Source: Octopus sinensis (lineage: Eukaryota). From it: a stretch of DNA of 64,000 nucleotides. This document shows, in pieces, positions 1 through 12,444 of this stretch (within the stretch, counting starts at the first letter, position 1; the number at the start of each line of letters is the position of its first letter). Location of the stretch: positions 180,482,001 through 180,546,000 of the forward strand of contig NC_042997.1 in assembly GCF_006345805.1 (NCBI RefSeq), read 5' to 3'. A program made the translations under genes and the position numbers. Below the pieces are notes generated by a model. The model searched no databases. It worked only from the letters and a program-made list of their open reading frames with translations, and was not told where the DNA came from.

Positions 1-1736
1 AAATGAAATGACCACATATATTTGTGATTGTTAATGAATCTGTACTTTTGTCACTCATATTCCTTACTTAAACTGCTATTTCATGAAGTTAAAGATATGA
101 CAGTAGTATCCGATGACACTTTTATGAGTGTGTTAAACACCTTTTGTAAACGAAACACCATAGAAAACAAGAAGTTGAAAATGTAATTATTTTAAAAGCA
201 ATGTACGCAATACAGTTGCAGAACAAGTTAAATGTGATTGGAAATCCTTTGAGAACAGCACTGGTTGTGTGCTATCTTTGTCTATAATTATGTGTAATAT
301 ATCGGAATCAGGTCTGTCATTTGTGTTCACAGAAATAATTGACATATATATGTAATGGGATAAATATTAGTTTCGGATATTATAAATATAAACACGGGGG
401 TATTTGAAATAGCGATATGTAAAATTCAGCTTAATAGAAGGTGTTTGGAGAAAATTCTGAACATTATGTTTTATGTAGTTTTGGTGGGCATCTAAAGTTG
501 GAAGATAAACATACGCCAAACTGAAATTGCGAATGAAATGCAGTTCACAGTTGGAGCCTAACTATTCAACATTTGACATCACTTCTTACAAGTGATGATT
601 ATAAAATAAAGATAATGAGAATGAAATAAATGTAACAAAATTTCACTTCTATTGTATATATTTTAACTGATGTATCCGTGAGAAATATATACTAATGTTT
701 CATGCAAAAGTGTAAGTGGAAATCTCCAAACGACTTCAACTTGTTTAACACTTTAAAACGTTTGAAAATTTTACAAAGTTATGTAACCCTCGCTTGTAAA
801 TTTACACAAGAAATCAATGCTTAAAATATGTTTATTTTTATATCTTTAGTTCGAAGCCACTTAGGTATAGTTAAACTAGTCCTAAATTATATCTGGTGCT
901 GCACGCTGTGGTGGCTCTTCTTTCAACCTTTGCTTTGAAATTATAATAACAAAGCAGAAATAAATGGCAGATAAAGTATGTGTACACACTCCAGGGATTT
1001 ACAGATCATCCCATTGGTACTCCATCAGAATACCCAGTTTATAATTCTTGAATGGAATATTTTTTCCGAAGTTATTGATACAAACAATTTGTAGTTTCAA
1101 TGTGTGATTATTTTCCATTAGATAATAATTACTTAGTGCACTGTGAGATGTTTCGGCATGAGACAGACATTAGTTTAAACTTCATCGTCCATCTTGTAGT
1201 GAGCATTTGACAAGTTTTTACTGAAATTCATGCCATTTTGTCTTATTTACACATGAAGTCTGAGTCATTGCTTGTATTCAAAATAGCGTGGTGATAATGT
1301 AGAGAATTATTCAAACGGAAAGATATACGAGAAGTGTAGAGTGACAACTATGCAAATGGATTGGACTAATGCAAGCACAGAATAAAAATATGAAGTAGAT
1401 GTATTCAGAATGTGAGTTACATATATATGTGTGTGTGTTGTATGTGTCTATGCAATGCACTTAATATAAAACACTCAGACGGCAATGTAATTTTTGCGAG
1501 GTTTTCAACACATGCACACAGACTCAATTGCAAACGGACACAGTTACACACTTATTATATATAGCCCAGTATTGATGTTCAGTTATGTATAAGTAGATGT
1601 GGGTTAAGGCTGTATAAGCAAAACAAACACATGTTGTTGAAATAAAGCTTTATTCCATTATTCGTATTGATTATCTATATAATGCATGTTTATGCGTATA
1701 TGAATGATTTGAACAGTACATTGTATTGTATATTCA

Positions 1737-1740
1737 TATA

Positions 1741-1825
<85 letters not shown>

Positions 1826-1880
1826 CTGTATGTATGCATGTATGTATTATGTATGTATGTATTATGTATGTATGTATGCA
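1737..1880. repeat. (AT)n grading into (ATGT)n microsatellite
   Basis: Direct inspection; accounts for the YI/IY-repeat ORFs at 1690-1965. Confidence 0.95.
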
Positions 1881-2038
1881 AATGCATACACGTATATATA
1901 CATACCCATGCATACGCGTGATTGTGATTTACGCAAAGCTGAACAGGAATTAAACACATGAACACCAGTAGTCAATCAAACACACATACAAATACACACA
2001 CATACACTCACATAAGTATATACATAAGTAAATATATA

Positions 2039-2416
2039 GGTTGTGTGGTAAGTAGCTTGCTTACCAAATACATGGTTCCGGGTTAAATCCCAGGCCGTGG
2101 CACCTTGGGAGATTGTCTTCTACAATGGCTTCGGGCCGACAAAAGCCTTGTGAGTGGACTTGATATACGGAAACTGAAAGAAGCCCATCTTATATATGTA
2201 TATATGCATATGTCTGCATGTCTGTGCTTGCCCACTCCCAACATCGTTTGACAGGCGATGATGTGTGTTTATGCCCCCATAACGCAGCGGTCCGGCAAAA
2301 AGAAACCGATAGAATAAGTACTAGGCTTACAAAGAATAAATCCTGGGGTCGATTTTCTCGACTAAAAGGAGGTGCTCCAGCATGGCCGCAGTCAAATGAC
2401 TGAAACAAGTAAAAGA
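2039..2416 (+). mobile_element. tRNA-derived SINE, family A (octopus CORE-like), near full length
   Basis: Head GGTTGTGTGGTAAGTAGCTTGC...GGTTAAATCCC, central CACCTTGGGA...CTTGTGAGTGGA, tail CCAGCATGGCCGCAGTCAAATGACTGAAACAAGTAAAAGA. Same family recurs at 2484, 25525, 28752, 55465 and 63409. Confidence 0.85.
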
Positions 2417-2483
2417 AAATATATATATATATACAGTGAGAGAGAGAGAGAAAGAGAGAGAGAAAGAGAGCGAGAGAGAGAGA

Positions 2484-2643
2484 GGTCGCCGTGGCTGTGT
2501 GATAGGAAGTTTGCTTCCCAACCATATGAGTCATGGTTCAGTCCACCCATGTGGCACCATGGTCAAGTGTCTTCTACCATAACCTCAGGTCAACCAAAAC
2601 CTTGTGAGTGGATTTGGTGGTGCGAAGCTGAAAGAGGCCCCAT
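2484..2643 (+). mobile_element. SINE family A, 5' half
   Basis: GTGGCTGTGTGATAGGAAGTTTGC...GGTTCAGTCC...CCTTGTGAGTGGATTTGG, colinear with the other copies. Confidence 0.8.
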
Positions 2644-2685
2644 TATATATATATGTATATTTATAAATATACAGTAAATATATAT

Positions 2686-2734
<49 letters not shown>

Positions 2735-2737
<3 letters not shown>

Positions 2738-2860
2738 CAAAATAAGCAACAAGGATATCCAGAGGTAATGAAGTACGATCGTTTCATGCAACTCCATTTA
2801 ATTGAACAATGCAATTATTACATCAATTTAAAATGTAGAGCAATCTTCAGCTGCACAGAG
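2735..2860 (-). repeat. Interspersed repeat (probable PLE pseudo-LTR piece), paralog of 21277-21365
   Basis: 2735-2822 is a close reverse-complement match to 21277-21365; it abuts an (AT)n/(AC)n tract and carries a hammerhead-like motif. Confidence 0.6.
2768..2856 (-). ncRNA. Hammerhead-ribozyme-like motif (type I, long stem II)
   Basis: Minus strand reads GUGCAG-CUGAAGA-U-UGC...GCA-U-GAAAC-GAUC-GU-A-CUUCAU. Canonical core, palindromic ACGAUCGU helix III, stem I 5/6 bp (the paralog at 21324-21329 has the fully pairing CUGCAU). Confidence 0.5.
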
Positions 2861-3479
2861 ACATAGAATTTTATTAAATTAGAAGAGATGGACACATTAG
2901 TATAATTATACCTAAAATCTCCAAGAATTTAAGGAGATACACAAAGAGCGTGTTGTCTCTACTTCAGCATAGAAGTTACTAAAATTATCAAGAAGACTCT
3001 GCCTGTCACTGATTTTTTGTCTTTATGGGGTCAGTTTTAATTTATAGAGTAGTATATCAAATCCCTTGTATATCTAAGGCTGAGAGAACAGAGGGCAGTA
3101 TCTGTTCGTGGTAGGGCTGAAGGAGTAGACAGGCTTTCTAGTTGGTATAATCACGATTTATTATACGCAATATCATGAGATTTAGTTAGGGAAAACTTAA
3201 AACGAAGATGTTAGCTGATAATTAAGGGGGTCGCCCACAAGCAGACTATAGATAAGGAAACAGGAGAAGTCTTATCATGTGGTACTATACTTAAATACTT
3301 TAAAACAATGTTGGTATATTGTATGCAATTACAGTTTAGGGTTATTCAAAGGATTATTAAGAAGACTATTATAACAAAATGATAGAAATTATTCATAAAT
3401 AGAAAGTATTCATAAATTTATATCGTTTTGTTATAATATTCTTCTTAATAATCCTTTGCTTCTTCCTTCTTTTATATTA

Positions 3480-3481
3480 TG

Positions 3482-3559
<78 letters not shown>

Positions 3560-3830
3560 ATACATATATATATTATATATATATATGTGTGTGTGTATGT
3601 ATCTATGTATGAATGGTACGTATATATGTTTGTGTATATGTATATAAGTCAATATTCAGTTTTCTTTCAAGATTTCTTCTCAGTAAAGAAAAGCCATGTA
3701 TGTATCTACGTATGTATGTATTATATATGTATGTATGCATGTATGTATGTATGTATGTATGTATGTATGTATGTATGTATGTATGTATATATGTATGTAT
3801 GTATGCATGTATGCATGTATATTATGGCAG
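3480..3830. repeat. Compound (AT)n/(GT)n/(ATGT)n microsatellites
   Basis: Direct inspection. Confidence 0.9.
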
Positions 3831-4318
3831 TATTGTATAAACGTTTTAAAGTAATATTTCAGGGTCTTTTCTTCTCTAAAAACAATACGGAATGGCATTA
3901 AACAATTTAGAGTGGTTAGATATCTGTAAAAGTATTGCTTACAAGAGTAGTTTAAAGCCTGCTCCAGTTTCTTCACTCACAAACTGGTGCCAGCATTCTA
4001 AATACCTGCCTTTTCTTGAGTGCTTTTCAGCTCAACTGATTTCTTTACTTTCTTATATTACACAATTAATTATTAAATTCTATGTTAAGCTCTTGATTTT
4101 AGCATGCATGAAGTGAAGTTAGAAATTACTTCACTGTTAACATATATATATATATATATATATATCATATAGATATCTCTTAAGTTTGTTAGTGATAAGA
4201 CACAGACAGAGACACTGAAATCAGAAATCGTTGCTTCATTTTCACTTACTATGATACACAAAATATGTTGTATTCTGCATACAAGCGCTGTATTTTATTT
4301 GGGTTTACGTTATTGTTA

Positions 4319-4620
4319 GTGGAGGCGCAATGGCCCAGTGGTTAGGGCAGCGGACTCGCGGTCGGAGGAACGCGTTTTCGATTCCCAGACCGGGCGTTGT
4401 ATGTGTTTATTGAGCGAAAACACCTAAAAGTTCTACGAAGCTCTGGCAGGGGGGTGGTAGTAACCCCTGTTGTACTCTTTCCTCACACCTTCCTCTCACT
4501 CTCTCTCTTCCTGTTTCTTGAATAACGCTGCGATGGACTGGCGTCCCGTCCAGCTCGAGGGAACACATACGCCACAGAAACCGGGCCCATGAGGCTGGCT
4601 AGGCTTGAAAAGAGCAACGT
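4319..4620 (+). mobile_element. tRNA-derived SINE, family C
   Basis: A-box GGCCCAGTGGTTAG, B-box-like TTCGATTCCC; 3' module GCTGCGATGGACTGGCGTCCCGTCCAG resembles a V-type SINE core. Head shared with 32190-32342 on the minus strand. Confidence 0.8.
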
Positions 4621-4649
4621 TTATCGTTATGTTATTGTTATTCTTCTTA

Positions 4650-4965
4650 TTTGGTCTGACTCAGGTTCGGACTTACTCCTGATAGGGTCTATGTGGTTAG
4701 CGAGTTACTACTTGTAACTTTAGGTATCCACAAATTATCAGTAGTCTTTTGAGTGCTTAGAACCCTACTCATAATTCTCGCTGTCCCTAAAAGACAAACA
4801 TTCTGTAGAAGCTGCATAGAGCATTCTAATCTAGTCTTCTTCAGCCATTTGTCTATATATTTGCTAACTATTCCCAACGCATCAATTATTATAATCGCAG
4901 ACTTTACAGTTCTCATACTCCAAATTCTTCCCTCTTCAAATTTTAAAGGATTGTATTTTCCTTTT
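4650..4965 (-). mobile_element. 3' end of restriction-like-endonuclease LINE (R4/Dong-like), relic
   Basis: Translation KYNPLKFEEGRIWSMRTVKSAIIIIDALGIVSKYIDKWLKK...LQNVCLLGTARIMSRVL fits the KY..L...R.W....P..IGALG...LQK..LLGTA.ILR.VL C-terminus of RLE LINEs. Confidence 0.7.
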
Positions 4966-5102
4966 TTTTTTTCATCCTTTTTCTTTTTGATCCTGGAGTC
5001 AAATGAGTATGATGGGTTAATTCATCAGTAAGCAACTTCGCTTTACCTTACCTATAATTCTTATGTGTGGTCTATTATTTTCTAATGTCTTGTCTGTTTG
5101 AA

Positions 5103-5275
5103 TAGATCGGCGAACTAGAAGGAAAGTTAGCACGCCGGACAAACTGCTTAGAGGAATTTCGTCTGTCTCTAAGTTCTGAGTTCAATTGCCACCAACGGTG
5201 ACTTTGTCTTTCATCCGTTCGCCTTGATGAAATACGTAACAGCCAATTACCGGACTTCATATAATACACTAGAAC
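5103..5275 (+). mobile_element. tRNA-derived SINE, family B, diverged
   Basis: GGCGAACTAGAAGGAAAGTTAGCACGCCGG...TTCTGAGTTCAA...CTTTCATCC. Confidence 0.7.
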
Positions 5276-5325
5276 CCTCACTTTTAAGAAAAAGTAAACT
5301 GCTGGCTCTATGCCAATATTTGAAA

Positions 5326-5326
<1 letters not shown>

Positions 5327-5371
<45 letters not shown>

Positions 5372-5680
5372 CTATTTAAGACGTCACACAGTATCCAACA
5401 TCATAATATTGTTGATTGAATGTATTATGTCTACCAGGGGCTTGTGCAATCTGTAAGGTCTGCACAAGGACCTGAGACAGACAGTACTTAACGCAATATG
5501 CGTGCAGTTCCAAGTAATGCCTATTTTTGCAATACACCTAGATTGGAGTTTATTTATAAAATCTCCACATGTTCCTTCAGGATGGGTGGTATTGAACCCA
5601 ATGCTCCGGTGACAAAAGGGACAACCTTTATGGTTGACTCACGTAGCCGCTCCATCTTCCCGATCTCAATTTTCAATGTT
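5327..5680 (-). mobile_element. Second RLE LINE 3' end with (TAA)n tail
   Basis: Translation TIKVVPFVTGALGSIPPILKEHVEIL*INSNLGVLQK*ALLGTARILR*VLS, then 3'UTR ending in the (ATT)n tract at 5327-5370. Confidence 0.75.
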
Positions 5681-5705
5681 GTTGTTGTTTTTGATGTAGA
5701 TTATA

Positions 5706-6490
5706 AGGCAACGACCTGGCGGAATCGTTACCGCGTCGGACAAAATGCTTAGCAGCATTTTTTTCTGACTGTGCGTTCTAAGGTTCAAATACCGCCGGGA
5801 TCGACTGTACTTTCATCCTTCGGAGCCGATAAGATAAGTACCAGTTGGGCATTGTGATCGATGTAATTGACCGGACTTGTGACTATATTAGAAAACCTTA
5901 TTACTATTTTAGATTTTAAGGTGGTGCGTTGTCAGAATCGTCAGTAGGTCATGTAAATAGATACGGCATTTCGTTCGTCTGTAAGTTCTGAGTACAAATT
6001 CTGCCAATGCCGATTTTGCCATTCATCATTTCAGGGTATTTAAATTAAGTACCAATTATACATTGGGGTCGATGTAAACGAATTAACCCCTCCTCCGTTC
6101 TTGTTCACCTTGTCCAAAATTTGAAACCGATATTATTGCTGTATATATTTAGGCTTCGTACTAATAGCAAAAAGGATTAAGTGTTATGGACGAATATGTG
6201 TAAAAGGCAAGCTGAGCACTAGAATCCATGTTATCGACTCAACCCTTCCCGTGAACATGCTCAACTTGTGCCAAAATTTGAAACAAATGATATTACTATA
6301 GCAAAAAATATTATTATTATGACTGGAAGAATCGGTAGCATATTTCCCGGCATTTCACTCGTTTATAAGTTATGAGTTCAAAGTCTACCGCGCTCTGTTT
6401 TCTGAGTCGATGTAAGAAGTATCAGTCGAGTACTGCGATTGATGTAAAGGACTCCACCATTTCCAAAATTTGAAGCTTTATGCCTATTTT
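5706..6490 (+). mobile_element. Cluster of diverged SINE family B copies (about 5706-5880, 5918-6130, 6321-6490)
   Basis: Repeated TTCTGAGTTCAAA / TCATCC..TCGG / AAGTACCA / GGGGTCGATGTAA motifs. Confidence 0.7.
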
Positions 6491-6524
6491 ATAAAGGACT
6501 ATTACTACACGTTTTTGTCTATGT

Positions 6525-6915
6525 TTCTTATTTTTTATTACCCACAAGGGGCTAAACATAGAGGGGACAAACAAGGACAGACAAACGGATTAAATCGATT
6601 ATATCGACCCCAGTGCGTAACTAGTACTTAATTTATCGACCCCGAAAGGGTGAAAGGAAAAGTCGACATCGGCGGAATTGGAACTCAGAAAGTAGCAACA
6701 GACGAAATACCCATCTCTTTACTACCCACAGGGGTCTAAACACAGAGGGGGCAAACAAGGACAGACAAACGGATTAAGTCGATTATATCGATCCCATTGC
6801 ATAACTGGTAGTTAATTTATCGACCCCGAAAGGATCAAAGGCAAAGTCGACCTCGGTGGAATTTGAACTCAGAACATAAAGACAGACGAAATACGGCTAC
6901 GTATTTCGTCCAGCG
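6525..6915 (-). mobile_element. SINE family B with tandemly duplicated ~190-bp body
   Basis: Two consecutive units CCCACAAGGGGCTAAAC...GAACTCAGAA..AGACGAAATAC (about 6530-6715 and 6716-6905). Confidence 0.85.
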
Positions 6916-8335
6916 TGCATATATTTATGTTATACGCAAATATATTATATGCTCATATTATTCCAGTCTTAAGATGTACTTTATATAGAAACTGGTCGGC
7001 TGGATGTGATATTAAATCTTAATCAAACTATAAAACATCGCTTGGAAAAGCAGAACTTTATTTTGGAGCTTTAGTAAAAATGTTACATTAACCTTATCAA
7101 ATAAACATGAGGATGTTATCTTTAACGAAACAGTTAACCTCTTAAACCAAGTGACCTATGTTTAGATTATAGATGAAAGAAACTGCTAGTAGATTTTAAA
7201 TGGATAATTTAGACACGCGTGTTTCTGATGTACATATCTATTTCTTGCTTCTGTTTTCGACACATACAGAAACTACCGCATACATAAACAGGCGAAAAAT
7301 TTCTACGCATATATGTGAGTGCATGCGCGTGTGTATAATGTTTGTTATTTTGTATAAATTGCGTTTCTTCTCGTGGGTAAGCTGATTATTCGAAAAGATA
7401 TCTATTTTACTTTACCACACCTTACTATGTTAAGGCAGAGATAAGGATTGTTTGATTTCTAGTTTTGGGATGGTAACATATTCCATCAAAGAAGACACAA
7501 AGTGAATGTAGATAGGAAAGAGAATGGGTATAGTTGAGCTGTAGCAGGTTTTGATTTGCTTCAGATTTAGAAGGATTTAAAATTAGATGTATAACGTATT
7601 TTATCTGGTTCAACATTTCTCAGCAAAATCTAAATTGAGATAGCATTATCGTATTCGGAGAATTAGGAATTTTTCAAGGCGGGGAAGGATTACCTTGTAA
7701 CATGGGGCACTGGTGTTATCATATTTATGTGACATTTTATTTTCTATCCTCTATTAGATTGTGCATTAACATGTGTACTTCACTACATAAGATGACAAAA
7801 GTGAAAGCTGCAGCAATAAATAATGATATAGGCATTTAACCTTCTGAGAAATGTTGAGCATAAGTAGTTTTAGATGTGTGTGGGTGCGAAGGCATGCATG
7901 AGCCCATTTGCTGGATCTTTGCTTATCCTGATAATTAATGTGTATTAAGGGATAAAAGGGCGGAGAAAATGATATATGGACTCTGCTTAAACTTGTCTTA
8001 CATTTATTTTAAGTGCCATTCACAATATTATTAGTCATGAGGAAATTTCATGATCGAAATAAGGTTGTGCGGAGCCTATTGCACAAGTAGTATATTGAAA
8101 TATAATAGAATATAACTAAATTTCAATGAAATTTGCATTAAAGAAGTGTACATGTGCGCGTGTGTGTATGTGTGTGTGTATGTGCGTGTATTATATTGAT
8201 GGGTATTTCTACTCACTTTATGAATTCAAGAATTATTTCAAATTTCAGATACTCCTACACATACACACACATAAATATCAGATACGTACAAATATACAAA
8301 TGTACTTACATACTTGCATACATACACACACACAA

Positions 8336-8414
<79 letters not shown>

Positions 8415-8481
8415 ATATTAGGGAATAAATCTAAATTTACAGGGAAAAATCAGATTGAATCCAATTTTATAGTAAAATATT

Positions 8482-8752
8482 ATATTATATTAAATTAGAG
8501 ACAAAACCACTATTATGCAAATCAAACAAAGAAAGACTTAAGCCAATACATAAAATAATTTATATAAATCTAGAAATTTAACAATAATAAAAATAATAAA
8601 AATAATAAAAATAATAAAATAATAAAAATAATAAATAATAAATAATAAATAATATTATTGTTAAATTTATATAAATTATTTTATGTATTGGCTTAAGTCT
8701 TTCTTTGTTTGATTTGCATAATAGGGGTTTTGTCTCTAATTTAATATAATAT
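8482..8752. repeat. Fold-back element, ~100-bp inverted arms around an AATAATAAA spacer
   Basis: 8482-8589 vs 8653-8752 are reverse complements except one substitution and one ~8-nt indel. Confidence 0.9.
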
Positions 8753-9330
8753 ATATATATATACATATATATATATATGCATACACAAACACGCGCGCAC
8801 ACATATAGCTTGTATTATACTACATCATATTTTCATAACAACCTTTATACTTTCTGGATTTGCAAAAGAAAAGCTGTTGATGATACTAAAAATATGTTTC
8901 AAAACATAAATTCTATTATTCACGTGCCTATATAATTAGGATGGAAATTTTATTCTTTTTCTGCTACACGATTCTATTCACTGAATTTTTAAACCTTTTT
9001 TCAAGATTGAAAATATGAGTTCTTCATTACTTTTGGAAAATATATGTATTAAAAACAGGCGAATGACTTCATCTACATTTGGAAACGAAGATTTCAAAGA
9101 CTTTTCAATTATTAACTGTTAACACTTAAGCTCTACAAGATCTTTTTTAGTGCCAGTTAGGGAAACAGAAAGAGTTTTAATTGTTTTTGTATACGGTACA
9201 TTTTTTCACCAAGTCATTCCTCCAGATTTTCTAACCATCATTTGGTTAAAGTCTATTAACAGTTTCCAATCTTTTAGGTGTAAAGAACATTTACAGATGA
9301 ACAGCTCCAATTACACCAGGTATCTTTCGA

Positions 9331-9447
<117 letters not shown>

Positions 9448-11053
9448 TCTGTGAGTTCTGAAGCCAAGCTATCATAAATGTAAAATACTATTGAATTGTT
9501 CACTATAGAAAAGTGGTTGAGGATTATACAATTAGATTTATATTCCATATCCATAATCATCGCCACATTTGCGCTTTCAGTTTTCGCGTTTGCAGATAAT
9601 TTTCACACAGTTAAATCCTCGGCATATTTCTAAATTTCTGAAAAAGTGCACCGCATATCTTGAAAATATTCAGGCAAGGATACTTACAGTGCAAAGACGT
9701 TATTCAGTCAGGGTAAGAATATTATAAAGAAACACTGGTGATTTTAAAATGCTCTATTCTACAGTAGGACAACTATAACATATTTCCAACTTCATTATGT
9801 AGACATTGTCAATTCATATGTTATATGCCTCGCTTTCTCCTAATTCTTATTATTTAAGACAACTAATCTTGTTTTATTGCAAAAAAGCTGTACAATAGCA
9901 CTTTTATTTATCGGCATGAGATCATTTCCTATGATTAGATATTGTATTCACAATGGACATACGGGCACTGCTATCGTACTAGGCCTCAAATAAGAAAGAC
10001 CTTTGCTAACTTTCGCAGTACACACCGGCACATTTTGAAAGACAATGCATTAAGTGCGCAAATCATGGAATGCAGTCTGCAAATTCATATAGCGTTATAA
10101 TACACAGATGTAAGCTACTATTCATCCATCTTCTACTGTCGCTAATATAACGTTGGCCTCGGCCATCTTTTACATCAATGCAGGTTAATTTTAAGTCGAG
10201 TAACCTTTGCACGAGATCCTAAGAATATCCTAATATTTGCCAGTATATTTCAGCTGGCCTTGACGGCAAAACAACGAAAGGCCACGCTCAGTTTGATATA
10301 AGTGGAGTATAATCCAATTAACCTGAACAGCATTTCTATAGTGACACATTGCAGATAATGTGATCCAGTATGTTATTCAGAATACAAACCGATTCGTGAT
10401 CGTTTCACATTGTTTTCCATAGGCATGAGTTACATATTGTTTGCATAAGCATTTATATACACAATAATTTGTAAGGCGTAATATGAATAGGTGAGAGACC
10501 AACAGCGTCCTCCATAACTCAAAGTAAAACTGCTGTTTTAAAAATCTTACAACAATCAGCCAAAAACATTTTCAGATGAATGCACTTAGAAATTATTTAT
10601 GCTGGTTCATTAGCTGAACTTTAAGATTTTCTGTTAAAGAACAATCTAAGAAATAATTCTCATGCGTATCTTTCTGAAATTGAATTTGGTGCATGCTACC
10701 TTACGAGTAATTTCAAGACATATTTTGTCTTCATCTAAACCGTTATTTTATCATAGGACATATTATCTGTCAGGGTCTGGTGAAATATTTGAATGACCAA
10801 TGTATATGGATTAGCAAGCACCAGAAGGGACCATGGAAGGCTTTTACCGTAATTCCCCAAAATTTGTATTTCACGAGGGAATACAATATAAATATTTTTG
10901 TGAATCGATGTGAATATGGAAAGTACATATATAAAACACTAATATATATATGCATAAATATATAGATAAATGTGAGAACGGGATGGTAATATCTGAACGC
11001 ATACAAAGAGCTCAATTGTAATTTTTTTTTACTAATTTCCAGATAGTTACATA

Positions 11054-12250
11054 TTAACACTTGTTAAATGTTTTAATCGTCATGTACAAAGAAGGGCCTT
11101 TGGAAAGGGAAGGGGTGTGATGCAATCCTCCTGAACAATTCAAATAGGTTTAATAGGGTGTTGCATTTGGCCTATAATTCCAATAACATCTTTATATGAG
11201 CACATAATAGAAGACATCAGCATAGGCACGGTAAATTATATTTAACATTCCTTTCCTCATACAGTTTCCTGAGTTAAAAATCAAATGGAAGTTATTCAAA
11301 TATCTAGAAATATGTGACAAATATCAATTAACAAACCGTGAAGTAATTGATTTTATTAGCGAGTATATTCTAACTGTCCCAAGCCCAATAAACAAAGAAA
11401 CCTGCAATCCCTTCCTATCAAAAACTATATTTTTTTTTATATTTGATATTAGCATTTTTTACGCTGACCAGGTCAATATTTTCCCATCACCGAATTTAAA
11501 TAAGAGGCCTGTAAATAAACGAACAGGACTTACATGGCTCGATGGTAAGATCATATATAACATTGACGGAGAAGAAATTACGATACACATGTTTAATGGT
11601 TTTTTTCCCTTACGCAGTATCGTAATGTGATATATATAATATTTTACTGTATCTCTCTCTGCCTAAGTGCTGGTGCCAATACATTTCTTTGATGATATAA
11701 TTAAATATAGACGAAAAGAATATGATTTATCTAACATAGGTGTGTATATATAGATTTATCTGCTTTTAGTATGAGAGTGATATAAAACTAAAGAAGATTC
11801 AACACGCATCTTCTTCAGAAGTTTTTTTTTTTTTTATTCGACCTGAACAAAGGTCTGAATGCATTACATAGTTTTATACAGTGCTACATAGAATTGTTCA
11901 TGCGTAAGTAAATTATTTGGAAATAAGAGGTTTATCAGTGAACATTTTTTATTGTCATCGTAAAAGTTACTTTCGCTACCATTCACATAGAAGCGCGTAA
12001 CATGAAAGTCAGTGTGGTGTGAAAATATCTCACTTGATTTCGTGATACAGTGATATGTTGTCCATAACACTCACCTAATTTTGTAATATCACTTTCAATC
12101 ATGTGCTCATATAAAGAGGTTATTGTTATATTAGGCCAAATGCAACACGTGTTAAACTTTTTTGAATTGTTCAGGACCATTACTTCACACACCTTCGCTT
12201 TCCAAAGGTCATTTTTGCACATGGTGATTAAAGCATTTAACAATAGTTAA
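11054..12250. repeat. Pair of diverged ~150-bp inverted repeats (11054-11204 / 12101-12250); possible old TIR element
   Basis: CCTTTGGAAAG.GAAGG.GTGTGA...CCTGAACAATTCAAA...GTGTTGCATTTGGCCTA...TCTTTATATGAGCACAT is present on + at 11096-11204 and on - at 12101-12210. Confidence 0.75.
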
Positions 12251-12444
12251 TTATTTTACTTCACTATCTATTAGTAGTTAACACTTAAATTATGTATCGT
12301 ATTTGCTGTGAGAGGAATACCGTTAAACGCTTTTATTTTTTGGTTCTTGATTTTTGAGAAAAGAGAATACGTTCACCAAAACAAAGTTATGACATCATAC
12401 GGTATGAAAGATTCTATTCTACTCTAGGCACAAGACTCAAAATT

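Noticed and set aside
110-140. CCGATGA-CACT-loop-AGTG hammerhead-like start
   Set aside because: GAAA is replaced by TGTTAAAC, and no stem I or III could be built.
586-675. C/D snoRNA-like layout (GTGATGA ... CTGA with a TACA/TGTA stem)
   Set aside because: The interior is extremely AT-rich with no recognisable rRNA/snRNA antisense element or C'/D' boxes; plausible by chance.
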